64,000 nt of DNA from NCBI GenBank assembly GCA_039096225.1, contig JBBPEB010000009.1, positions 1,550,001 through 1,614,000 on the forward strand, written 5' to 3'. Positions 1 through 9,533 of this stretch are shown piece after piece. The notes below the pieces were generated by a model. That model was not told where the DNA came from and did no database searches. It was given only the letters and a program-made list of their open reading frames with translations. The position numbers and the translations under genes are program-made. Origin of the DNA: Blastocystis sp. Blastoise (taxonomy: Eukaryota; Protista; Bigyra: Opalinata). The first letter of the stretch is position 1. Each line of letters begins with the position of its first letter.

Positions 1-18
1 AGTATTATTAAATATTGT

Positions 19-1186
19 CTATTCGGGATTAAAAAGCTCATCAATATCGATATTATCACTGTTCATGAATGAAGACTCAGAAGAATCAACATATGGAAGA
101 TTACATCTTATGAATAATATTTTTGCAGTTTTACTGAAACTTAAACGGTTTCTAAGCTTAGTTTGAACAAGAAGTAACTGTGACCATACTCTCTCGGAAA
201 AACCACTCGACGAAGGAGCATCATCAAGTAGCAATGCTAGAGAAGACAAGCTCTTCTCAAAGAAATTTACAGTCTGCCAGTACATCTTATTGTTATTATA
301 ATTTAGGCAGTTGATAATTTGATTTTGTATGAAAACTCCATCATTATGTGCATAATTAAGAAATGATGAATACAACTCTCTATTATCTGATTCTTGTAAA
401 TATTCCATTATAGCTTGCACATCATCTGGATTATTTATTATTTCATTTTTATGTTGAATATTAAGGTAATATGCCAAAATGTACAATTGGTGAGTATAAA
501 AGTATTTTCTTTTGGATAAACACCTATCAAATATTTCCTTATACATAGATTCATTACTAACATGTATAAACTGTTTATAATAAAAGTAGACATCTGAAAT
601 TGAAGATCCATTAGCTTCAAGCTTTTCAACAGAATTTTTACATATAACTAGAATATCAAATATAGAAACACAAGACTTCCAAAATGAATTATCGTTTAGA
701 CTAATAATAAAATCTTTATTTTTTTTCTTCTTTATGTTTGGATCCATAATTTTGCAATTGATCTTTATGATCAAGTAGCCATTTTAATGAAGAGTACTCT
801 GACCACCATCTGGTCGGGCAATACAATTTAGGAGTATTATCACAATAGTTATGACCAGCTTCAATACATAATTCAACTCTATCAGCAACATGATATTTAA
901 AATATATAGAAATAGCATTAACTTTATTAACTATATTCATTGGGGAATAATAGTGTCTAGGAAAGTCTTCAGAACTAATAAAGTCACCTAGTAACAGCTC
1001 TCCCATATGTGAAGCACATCCAAAAAAATACAATTCGTTAATATTATTACAGAAAGAATCATGACAAGAAACTAATGGCAGTATATTTTCATTAGACATA
1101 TCATCAGTTTTGGTGTCTACATATATATAAATAATTTAACTAATAACGATATGTATAAATAAATTAATATAAATAATGAAAGCAAT

Positions 1187-1217
<31 letters not shown>

Positions 1218-1867
1218 TGGTTCATATTGTGGTATCTGTGAACTATTATTTCTTAATTGATTCTGAGCGTTTCTGATTTTTTCAATAAGTTTTTCACGAC
1301 TTGATATATTAGCGGCACAATTATCAGACACTATTCCCTTGACTTTATTCACACCTATTCTTAGCATACAGTCATATATAACATATGCAATTGAATCTGA
1401 TGTCTCACCACAATATGTAACATTATATATGCAATACAAATATGGCTTATGTTCTATAATTGCAACAACATTTAGAAATTTCTCTTGATTTATATTAGTT
1501 GTACCTGTAATAATATAATAATATAATAATATAATAATATAATAATATAATAATATAATAATATAATAATATAATAATATAATAATATAATAATATAATA
1601 ATATAATATTATAATAATATAATATTTTAATAATATAATATTATAAAAATATAATAATATAATAATATAATAATATATATACCATCAAATGATAGATATA
1701 CTCTAGTTGCATTTCGAATCCTTTCTTCCACTATTTCGTAAATCTTATAGAAGGTGTTATCCAAGTGTCTGTTACTTAACGAATGCCTTTTTGGTAACTT
1801 GTACTGTGAGTTAATATCACTAAACATTTGAATAAGGTATTTGTTCTCAACTTGCGAAAAAGGTGTA

Positions 1868-1918
<51 letters not shown>

Positions 1919-2113
1919 TTGTAGTTAAAAAATAGCACAATAGATCATCATAAAATCTATCAACACTCATTTCATTATCAACTGGTATCATAGTATTAGA
2001 TTCACCTAGATGATCAACCTGCTCAATGTCTAAGTTAACGTGATGAATACGTAACTTATATGCAGTTTGACATAATGTATTTTTGGTACTAGATAGCGTG
2101 TCTTTATGATTAT
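19..2113 (-). pseudogene. hAT-family DDE transposase, 3' part (multi-exon), disrupted by PLV insertion and a +1 frameshift
   Basis: Spliced motifs: NTPFSQVEN..YKLPKRHSLS, YLSFDG (D1), GIVSDNCAAN (D2), GCASH (CxxH), PTRW, PSSSGFSERVWS..RNRLS (catalytic E and dimerisation domain). GT-AG introns, e.g. 1869-1918. Frameshift at the T8 run 719-726 between ORFs 716..1099 and 19..774. Confidence 0.9.
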
Positions 2114-2233
2114 TAATTCTTCCGTTCTTCGAACTGCAGAAGGGGGTATGCAAACCCCGCATAGAGTCTGCGCGACGCGCGCAGCCATAAGCGGGGAAGT
2201 CATCCCCCCTTTTTGTTCTCGACGGAAGAATTA
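2114..2233. repeat. GC-rich imperfect terminal palindrome (hairpin), left
   Basis: Nested pairings TAATTCTTCCGT/ACGGAAGAATTA, GAAC/GTTC, AGGGGG/CCCCCT, ATG/CAT, CCCCGC/GCGGGG, CTGCGCG/CGCGCAG; apex at 2175-2177. Confidence 0.9.
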
Positions 2234-2805
2234 ATAACATTTCTGAAGTAAAATAACCATGGGAGTGTAGGGTAGTGTGTGTGTGTATTTATTTTTTCCC
2301 ATGTTTATTTATTTTTAATTTATTTGTGTTCCGATTCCAACGTGAAACGTAAAGTGATCAAGGAGAAACTCATAGTAATCATAAAAGAAATAAAATACAC
2401 ACTCACACCCTCCCCTTTACAGGGAATATTCATGGGAAATGGCTCCATCGTTGGTAAAGTGAGTAAAATAATCACGGGAATACAGAAAGAAATACGAAAA
2501 GAAGCACAGAATGTGCTAAATAAACACACACCCCGACCCTCCCTTTATATAGAGAAAAGATGAAATGGATGGTTCTATCTAAAAAGAAATAATAGAAATA
2601 ATCACGGGAATATATAAAAATAAAAATGTATGTATAGTGATCAATAAATAATATAAAAAGTCATGATAATCATAAAAAAATATATAAAAAGAGTAAAGTG
2701 ATCAAGGTATGTATTTATAGTGGGTGAAAGAAAAGCTGGTGGTGGTGTGGTCTTGTAAAAAGATGTACCCACCACCACGATTATAACGAGAGACTTTTGG
2801 AAACA
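2114..2805 (+). repeat. Left terminal inverted repeat (~692 bp)
   Basis: Reverse complement of 26434-27126 with about 10 substitutions and one 1-bp indel, counted by eye. Confidence 0.97.
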
Positions 2806-2834
2806 TGAGCGACCGATATGGAAAAATATAAATT

Positions 2835-2882
2835 TTCTAGAACATTCTAGAACATTCTCGAAACTTCTAGAACATTCGAGAA
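2835..2882. promoter_or_regulatory. HSE-like nGAAn array (10 units) upstream of YR1
   Basis: TTCtaGAAcaTTCtaGAAcaTTCtcGAAacTTCtaGAAcaTTCgaGAA, ~90 bp before ATG 2971. Confidence 0.75.
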
Positions 2883-2970
2883 CATGAGAATCTTAGATAT
2901 TTTATTTTGATTTTCTTATGTATTATTCTTTTGAAAATAGAAGTTTTAGAGATTCTACTTGAGAAAATCA

Positions 2971-3906
2971 ATGAAAAATACAAATTATGACAAGTATCTT
3001 TTGGTTATACAGAATTCAAATTATTCTGATATTTGGAAAAAACGTTTAACCAATTATTTCAATTTATATATTTTCCCATTACCATTTAAAAAGTTCTCAG
3101 AATTCTTAAAGAATCCTTATTCATTCATGGATTATATGGTAAATGAACGTAAAATCAAAATTAGTCCAATGAAATCGTTATGTGAATTGATATTATTTAT
3201 TATACGTAATGTTTCTTCATTAAATAAAGAAGGTATTTTAAATAAATGGTGTGAATTTTATGTGATTATTAATGCAATGTATGAAAAATATCTGGATAAT
3301 AAGAAACGCACTTTGATTCAAGATCTTATTAAAGATGGTATTACGACTCCATATTTACATGAATATCACGATAAATTAGAAAATTATAATCCATTACGAT
3401 TAATATTAGATTTTTACTCCTATCTTCCTCCTGCTCGTGCTGATTATGCTCAATTATTCATTCTAACTCCAGAAGATACTATTGATCCAGCTATTCATAA
3501 GAATTATATTGTTTATGATAAAGAGAAACACACTGGTTCTATTCTATTAAATGATTATAAAACTGCTGGTAAATACTCTACAATTCAATTAGATGCACCA
3601 AAAGAATTGATTGAAGATCTAGAATTACTCTTAAAAAGAAATCCAAATCGTAAATTTATATTTGAATCTTCTGTAAGAACTGGATTTACTACTAAAGCAT
3701 TTGATTGGTTTGTGAATAAGCATTTAAAACAAATCCATCCAAAATTAACCATTAATGCATTAAGAAAATTATATGCTACAACTACAACCAATACATTCCA
3801 AGATATAGAAAATTCTGCTTCTGCTTTATGTCATAATGATTATACACATATTAATTCTTATGTATCTTTAGAAAATAATAATTTATTTAAAAAATTAATT
3901 GAATAA
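2971..3906 (+). CDS. Tyrosine recombinase/integrase 1
   Basis: Catalytic motifs PPARADY (R), LNDYKT (K), INALRK (xxxR), LCH and INSY (H and Y). Confidence 0.85.
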   Translation: MKNTNYDKYLLVIQNSNYSDIWKKRLTNYFNLYIFPLPFKKFSEFLKNPYSFMDYMVNERKIKISPMKSLCELILFIIRNVSSLNKEGILNKWCEFYVIINAMYEKYLDNKKRTLIQDLIKDGITTPYLHEYHDKLENYNPLRLILDFYSYLPPARADYAQLFILTPEDTIDPAIHKNYIVYDKEKHTGSILLNDYKTAGKYSTIQLDAPKELIEDLELLLKRNPNRKFIFESSVRTGFTTKAFDWFVNKHLKQIHPKLTINALRKLYATTTTNTFQDIENSASALCHNDYTHINSYVSLENNNLFKKLIE

Positions 3907-3972
3907 TTTTTAATATTTGTTTTGTTTAATAATTTTAATAACTAAACAACTAGTAATAAAAGGATATAAAAA

Positions 3973-4347
3973 TTAATTAAAAGGTAAGAAAGATAGATTA
4001 TTATTATTATTTTGATATTGATTTTGTTGTTGATTACTTTTCATAGTTGGCATAAACATATTATTGGGTTGAATAAGATTCTTATCCTCTTGATATTGAT
4101 TCTCATTCTTCATATATTGTTTATCCAATAGCATTTCAAGACGTTGATGAATCACAGGATCATCTATATAAAGTAACATGTTTCTACAATAACTCAATTG
4201 CAAATCACTAAGATTCTTGTTGTTATTATTATTTAAAAATTGTTCTAATAGATTCGCTATTTCATTCTTTTTGGATTTAATTCCTTCTTCTTTTAGATTC
4301 TTCATCACACGACAAAAATAAGAATAACTAAGATATTTCTTGTTCAT
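3973..4347 (-). CDS. Viral hypothetical protein (124 aa)
   Basis: ATG-initiated ORF preceded by a CCAAT box and an HSE-like array. Confidence 0.65.
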   Translation of the reverse strand: MNKKYLSYSYFCRVMKNLKEEGIKSKKNEIANLLEQFLNNNNNKNLSDLQLSYCRNMLLYIDDPVIHQRLEMLLDKQYMKNENQYQEDKNLIQPNNMFMPTMKSNQQQNQYQNNNNNLSFLPFN

Positions 4348-4442
4348 TATTTAAATTAGCCAATGATTAAACAAAACAAATTAATTATATAAAACACTAA
4401 TATAATAAATTAAAGATTCTACAAATAGAGCCAGTTCAAAAT

Positions 4443-4465
4443 GAATGTTCTAGAATGTTCTAGAA
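4443..4465. promoter_or_regulatory. HSE-like array (5 units)
   Basis: GAAtgTTCtaGAAtgTTCtaGAA, ~95 bp upstream of the ORF starting at 4347. Confidence 0.65.
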
Positions 4466-4605
4466 CGTTTCTTGGACATATAAAAGTAAAGTAAAATATA
4501 TATAATAATAAGAACAATTTCAATAACTGACAGTATTTCATTTACATTCTCTAAAATTTCTGCACTACGATCTAAGTAGTAATTGCCAAATCGTTTCTTT
4601 GTCAT
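4450..4605 (-). CDS. Small viral membrane protein (51 aa, one TM helix)
   Basis: ATG at 4605; hydrophobic stretch ILSVIEIVLIIIYILLYFYM followed by basic residues; own upstream HSE array and downstream TGTTTTGTT. Confidence 0.5.
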   Translation of the reverse strand: MTKKRFGNYYLDRSAEILENVNEILSVIEIVLIIIYILLYFYMSKKRSRTF

Positions 4606-4669
4606 TATAGTATTAAATAATAAACAAAACAAATTAATTATACAAAATATTAATATAATAAATTAAAGA

Positions 4670-4687
4670 TTCTAGAATATTCTAGAA
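4670..4687. promoter_or_regulatory. HSE-like array (4 units)
   Basis: TTCtaGAAtaTTCtaGAA upstream of the ORF starting at 4605. Confidence 0.6.
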
Positions 4688-4691
4688 TGTT

Positions 4692-5285
4692 TTAACAAGG
4701 CATAAGATTTCCATTAGAAAGTAAATAAAGTAAAGAATAATAAAAGCAACCATTTGCATTACTTGTAGTTTTTTGGTGTTGAATAGGATTATATTGAATA
4801 TTATGATTTTGAATAAATGATTTTGAGAAAGTAGGTTCATTTCCTAATGATGAATAGTGTTCTATGTTTTTATTACCATTATAAATAACAGCTTCAAAAT
4901 GACCATTATAAGGATCACTAGGACTTTCATGAAAGATCATATTAAATTTAGTTTGATCTTGATCTATATTTTGTTCAAAATCATCATAACTATTATAATA
5001 ATTATAAGATTGAGAATTTGTTTTATTTAATTGTTTCATAACATTTTCAGCACGATCACAAGCAACAGAAGAAGTAGGTTTATTTAAATAAGCATAATTA
5101 TATAATTGAGATATTAGAGAATTTGGTATATTACAATATTGAGATAGAGTTTGCTTAAAATTATCAGGGGATCTAGGAGTAACATGACGAGTTTTATCAG
5201 ATATAATAGGATTATCACAATTCATTGAATTTTGAATAAGTTTTTCATCTTTACTCTTTACCAGATCCCCTCCCCTGAGTTTTTT
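4692..5285 (-). CDS. Adenain-like capsid maturation cysteine protease, probably expressed as a -1 frameshift fusion to the upstream core protein (first in-frame ATG at 5225)
   Basis: GHFEAVIY..EHYSSLG..YNPIQHQ..NGCFYYSL matches the H...(D)SxG...Q...C pattern of adenain/PLV proteases; the ORF-track start at 5312 is TTG. Confidence 0.8.
   Translation of the reverse strand, partial: KKLRGGDLVKSKDEKLIQNSMNCDNPIISDKTRHVTPRSPDNFKQTLSQYCNIPNSLISQLYNYAYLNKPTSSVACDRAENVMKQLNKTNSQSYNYYNSYDDFEQNIDQDQTKFNMIFHESPSDPYNGHFEAVIYNGNKNIEHYSSLGNEPTFSKSFIQNHNIQYNPIQHQKTTSNANGCFYYSLLYLLSNGNLMPC
5164..5285 (-). promoter_or_regulatory. Putative -1 programmed ribosomal frameshift signal (A AAA AAC plus stem-loop)
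   Basis: Heptamer 5285-5279 is correctly phased in the core ORF; 8-nt spacer; GGGGAUCUGG (5270-5261) pairs with CUAGAUCCCC (5176-5167), extended by GAGUAA/UUACUC and AUGA/UCAU. Confidence 0.75.
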
Positions 5286-6886
5286 GATAACATATACTTC
5301 TTTTCTTTCCAAAACATTTGCTCACCTCTATCTAATATTTCATTATTATCCATCTTCTGTTTTATTGTTTGTAATTGTTTTAAATCATTTTTAGCTACCT
5401 TACGTTTCCTTTGTTCTACTTGTGCAGGTATTACAAAATCTGTATAAGCTGTTACCAATGGAGGTAAATCACCACCTCTTTTCTTTTTAGCTTCTTTTCC
5501 TCTTCTCATTCGTTCTAAGAATTCTTCTTTACTTAATTTAACTCGACCACCATAACCTCTACGTTTAGCTCTTCTTGCAGCTATTCGTTTATCCCTTTCA
5601 TCTTCTTTCCATTTTCTATCGACTTTCTCTTTATCATTTTGAGGGAAACCATAAATCTTATAAGGATAACTTTGTTCATCACGAGACATTGGCTTATAAG
5701 GTTGAGGAGGTTGAGGTTGAGGAGGTCTAACAACTTGTTGTTGTGGAGGTGGTGGAGGTTGAACAACGGGTTGTGGATGTAATCTATCATCTTCGTCAAG
5801 AGCATCTTGCATTTCATCAGCTACATCATAATATCCTTCAAACATCTTATTTATAGTATTTCCTGAACCTATTTGTTTTTTCATTTCATTTAATGCTTGT
5901 TGACGTTTTAATTTTTCCATTTCAAATTCCATATCATTTAATTCACTTGACTGTTGTGCCAAATGTGTATCATAATAAGCTTTTCTACCTTTAGCAAAAG
6001 AATCCATACCTTTATCAACTACACCTAAAAGAGCTGGTGCATAATTCATAACTCCATCCCAGAATCCACCACCTCTTTTAACTCTTAATATACCATCACC
6101 ACTTTCAGCTGAATCTAAATCTATATATTTTGGTATAATTGAAGGTCTTAACATTCTTCTTAATTTTGGATTCTTAATCATTTTCTTATTTTTAATTGCA
6201 TTCATAATTGCTGAAGCAACAGATATAGGAATCTTTCCACCACGTTTAATTTTATGTTCATAGAATCTTTTGAATTCATCATCAAGATCATGATGACCAT
6301 CACCAACATATTGAGCTAAAATAGCTAATGCATCACGAGCTTTTCTATTAGCTTTTTTATCTACAATAGCATCTCTTATATCTAATACATTTCGTTGATA
6401 CATATCTTTTACTTTATTTTTAATTGCATCACCAATACCAGAACCTTGATTATTCTCTAATTTATTGATTTCTGATTTATTTGGAATAATTCCTCTACCA
6501 GATTTACGTCTTGGTTTACATGGATTTAATACTTTATATTGACGATCTTCACCATCTATTTTATCTTCTTCTGGACCAGCTGCTTTCATTACACCTTTAC
6601 CTGCTGCTCTAGCACGAATTAAAGCACCATTTCCTTGTGGAACAGCATCTTTACCAAATGTTTTAGAACGATCTACATAATCATCTTCTTTACCATCATG
6701 TATTTCTTTACTTTCTAAAGTAGACACAGGCATAGATGAATTTGGACCTATTTCATGAAATATTGGATTATATTGATCCATTTTATGTAATGGCTGTGTA
6801 TTATATCGCCTATATTCTTTTCCTGTTGAAATTAAATTCATACCAAAAGTACCAGGACTTGGCATTCCTAAGATACAACTTTGCAT
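5258..6886 (-). CDS. Putative virion core polyprotein (basic; multiple xGG and GxG protease sites; amphipathic helix)
   Basis: KRGG x3, YGG, GNGAL, GKGVM, GRGII, GSGIG, GDGIL, GEGIW; Lys/Arg-rich segments; FWDGVMNYAPALLGVV follows RGGG. Confidence 0.7.
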   Translation of the reverse strand: MQSCILGMPSPGTFGMNLISTGKEYRRYNTQPLHKMDQYNPIFHEIGPNSSMPVSTLESKEIHDGKEDDYVDRSKTFGKDAVPQGNGALIRARAAGKGVMKAAGPEEDKIDGEDRQYKVLNPCKPRRKSGRGIIPNKSEINKLENNQGSGIGDAIKNKVKDMYQRNVLDIRDAIVDKKANRKARDALAILAQYVGDGHHDLDDEFKRFYEHKIKRGGKIPISVASAIMNAIKNKKMIKNPKLRRMLRPSIIPKYIDLDSAESGDGILRVKRGGGFWDGVMNYAPALLGVVDKGMDSFAKGRKAYYDTHLAQQSSELNDMEFEMEKLKRQQALNEMKKQIGSGNTINKMFEGYYDVADEMQDALDEDDRLHPQPVVQPPPPPQQQVVRPPQPQPPQPYKPMSRDEQSYPYKIYGFPQNDKEKVDRKWKEDERDKRIAARRAKRRGYGGRVKLSKEEFLERMRRGKEAKKKRGGDLPPLVTAYTDFVIPAQVEQRKRKVAKNDLKQLQTIKQKMDNNEILDRGEQMFWKEKKYMLSKNSGEGIW

Positions 6887-6961
6887 TTTTTTATTTCAAT
6901 TATAAAATTATTTATAAACAAAACAAATATATTAATAAAAAATAAATTTAACATTAAAAAT

Positions 6962-7555
6962 TTATAAATTAGTTAAATCAATAATAGTATCATTACTATT
7001 AGTATTCTTCGTAGATTTATCGATGACTTTAATAGAACGAGCATATAAACCAATATAATACTTGTTATTATAACGATGAATACCATGTATTGTAAATAGT
7101 ACTTTACATAACGTATTTGGTGGAATATACTTTTCACGTATTTCTTCGTAAGTTAACTTAGGATCTTTACCGATATTAATCTTCTTATCTCTTTTATCAG
7201 TGATATCAATAGTAACATTCTTCGATGCATTAATAGGTACTTTAATTGTAATCTTATATTTACCATTATCCATACGTACAAAATTAACAATATCACCATC
7301 AGGACATAATTCACATAATTTACGATAAAGTTCTTTATAAGCAGTTAAGAATACTTGATTATCATCTTCAATTGTTAATAAAGTCCATTTATCACGTGTA
7401 ACAATATAACCAAATAAACATGGTGTAGCATCAGTAGAAATACATACACGATGATTATTATTTAAAAGAACAGCATTTTCTTTGGTGTCATCCCATTGTA
7501 AATTAAAGTTAGAAGTATCAAGAATAGTAGGTTTTTTAAATTCAGTTGAAGACAT
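6962..7555 (-). CDS. Putative OB-fold single-stranded DNA-binding protein
   Basis: Beta-rich pattern YKITIKVP..IPPNTLCKVLFTIHGIHRYNNKYYIGLYARSIKV resembles viral gp2.5/NCLDV-type SSBs; HSE array upstream. Confidence 0.55.
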   Translation of the reverse strand: MSSTEFKKPTILDTSNFNLQWDDTKENAVLLNNNHRVCISTDATPCLFGYIVTRDKWTLLTIEDDNQVFLTAYKELYRKLCELCPDGDIVNFVRMDNGKYKITIKVPINASKNVTIDITDKRDKKINIGKDPKLTYEEIREKYIPPNTLCKVLFTIHGIHRYNNKYYIGLYARSIKVIDKSTKNTNSNDTIIDLTNL

Positions 7556-7632
7556 TTTTAGTTAAGTATTTAGTAAAAATATAAGTATTTTAATACTAAT
7601 ATTTTACGATATTCTTTTCAAATGAATCAATT

Positions 7633-7680
7633 TTCGAGAAGGTTCGAGAAGGTTCTAGAATGTTCGAGAAGGTTCTAGAA
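7633..7680. promoter_or_regulatory. HSE-like array (10 units) upstream of the SSB-like gene
   Basis: TTCgaGAAggTTCgaGAAggTTCtaGAAtgTTCgaGAAggTTCtaGAA. Confidence 0.75.
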
Positions 7681-7873
7681 AAAAAAGAACACTTGAATAA
7701 TCTAATGGAAACATTTTAACGGAATCGAACCATGATACTGTGGTTACATATTTCTTTAATAGATCCATTAGACCATTCAAGAATTCTATTTGAAACTATT
7801 CTATTCTCCATTTAAACTTTGTGTAATTAATTTAAAAAATAAACAAAACAAAATAATTAATTAAATAAATAAA

Positions 7874-8401
7874 TTAATGATCAAATATTTCAGACATAGA
7901 AGGAATAGAATATTCGGATAATAATGAAACAATTTCTTTAGAATCATCATGAATCTGTTTTAAATCTTGTTTCTGACTTTCAATCTTTGTTTTTAAATGA
8001 TCAACAGTACAATAAATACTATTTAATATATTATCAGCCGTTTCCATAGTTTGAAATAAAGATTCGAATTGACTGGATATATTTGTTAACTCCTCATTTG
8101 TAAATAATAAAGCTTGCTTATTAGGATTTGTATTTACTTGATCTTGAAATTGTATTGGTTCATTGTTAACCGAATGATATCTATCTGGATTTTTAGATAC
8201 GTAAACATCATTGATTGGATGAATTTCTTGAGGTGGATCTTCAAACATGATTTCGTCACGCGAATTAAAACAGAAATCATTATCATTGGGTAAAGCCATA
8301 GGATTTTCAGAAACACTATTTTCAAATGGATTCAACAAGGGGGATATCATGGCTTGACCGAAAGGGGATAAACTGGCAGAAAGACTATCAGGAATTTCCA
8401 T
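7874..8401 (-). CDS. Viral hypothetical protein (acidic/Pro-rich N-terminus, coiled-coil C-terminus)
   Basis: 175-aa ATG ORF with downstream TGTTTTGTT motif. Confidence 0.7.
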   Translation of the reverse strand: MEIPDSLSASLSPFGQAMISPLLNPFENSVSENPMALPNDNDFCFNSRDEIMFEDPPQEIHPINDVYVSKNPDRYHSVNNEPIQFQDQVNTNPNKQALLFTNEELTNISSQFESLFQTMETADNILNSIYCTVDHLKTKIESQKQDLKQIHDDSKEIVSLLSEYSIPSMSEIFDH

Positions 8402-8509
8402 GATTATTTAAACCTTCAAAAGTATTTTTATACAATATATTAAATATACTATTTTTAGTGTACAGTTCTTCATTTCAGTTGCTAACAAAAGCCTATTGCT
8501 TCCAGCTGG

Positions 8510-8688
8510 AAAATAAGCCAATAAAATAACTTATTTCGTATGACACATCGTCGTCATCGTCTAATTGTGTTTTACTAATTTTTTTATCCAATCAGATTAC
8601 AGATGCCAACTATACTCGTCATTGAAACACAAATAAAAAATGCTAAGTCGACAAAATTAGCCAATCAAATGAACCTTCTAGAACATTC
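8510..8688. promoter_or_regulatory. Divergent promoter with three CCAAT boxes and a 4-unit HSE
   Basis: AGCCAATA (~8516), TCCAATCA (~8587), AGCCAATCA (~8659), GAAccTTCtaGAAcaTTC (8671-8688). Confidence 0.55.
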
Positions 8689-8799
8689 CATAGAGATTCT
8701 ACACTGTCTCCTAGAATATTTAATATTCCATTTAAATGTATTATTTATTTCATTTTGATAAATACAAATTTTCTCTCTGTAACGATATTCGCGATTATA

Positions 8800-9423
8800 A
8801 TGCAATTTAATCTTTCTGCTGATTCCCGTAAATGTCTTCAAACTGTTCGTATGGAACTTCTAAAGAATTCTAAGAAGGCTGTTGAAGTTCATAAGAATGT
8901 TCTTCGTGATATTGATTTACATCAGTCTCAATTGAATAGAGAAAAGAATCTATTGGGTATTGCAAAATCTAAAGAACGTCTTGCTTCTTTCGAAGTCGAA
9001 AACTATAGATCAGCTTTAAAACGTATAAACGCGGTTATTAAAGGTCTTGAAGATTATGAAGAATTCGCTGCTGATATTTATACTCAACAACTTAATGAAG
9101 AACAAGATATTCAAGATATTATCAATACTGAAGATCTTTTAGAAAGTGATAGAACTACTATTTTATGTTCTGAAGATTCTAAAGAACATTCGAATTCTAA
9201 AGATGATGATTTTGATATTATGAAATTCCATATGGAAGATGGATTCCTTTATGATGAAAAAGGTAAAGTTTATTCTTATGAAGTTGTTCATGCTAAGAGT
9301 ATTAACAAGATTAAAAGAGATCCTTCAAAACAAATGTATTTCTGGGATGGTATTTTATATGATAAGAATGGATGGCCTCATTCATGTACATATATTAATA
9401 GTCAAGAACCAATTGAAATTTAA
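8800..9423 (+). CDS. Viral hypothetical protein (coiled coil plus two C-terminal DGxLYDxxG repeats)
   Basis: ATG at 8800; EDGFLYDEKG and WDGILYDKNG. Confidence 0.75.
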   Translation: MQFNLSADSRKCLQTVRMELLKNSKKAVEVHKNVLRDIDLHQSQLNREKNLLGIAKSKERLASFEVENYRSALKRINAVIKGLEDYEEFAADIYTQQLNEEQDIQDIINTEDLLESDRTTILCSEDSKEHSNSKDDDFDIMKFHMEDGFLYDEKGKVYSYEVVHAKSINKIKRDPSKQMYFWDGILYDKNGWPHSCTYINSQEPIEI

Positions 9424-9533
9424 TTTATTTTCTTGTTTATTTTTCTATTTTTACTTATAAACTTGTAAAAAATCATTGAAAATTGTTTTGTTTATTGTAT
9501 ATACATTTAAAACACTAAAGTATAAAAATGATG

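Noticed and set aside
1869-2240. 123-aa ORF and the 104-aa ORF at 27006..27320 as standalone genes
   Set aside because: Both are chimeras of hAT exon and viral terminal hairpin read across the insertion junctions.
2279-2563. ORFs inside the TIRs (2279..2563, 2320..2529 and mirrors 26677..26961, 26711..26920)
   Set aside because: Non-ATG starts, no motifs, left/right differences mostly non-synonymous, no viral 3' signal; probably non-coding TIR.
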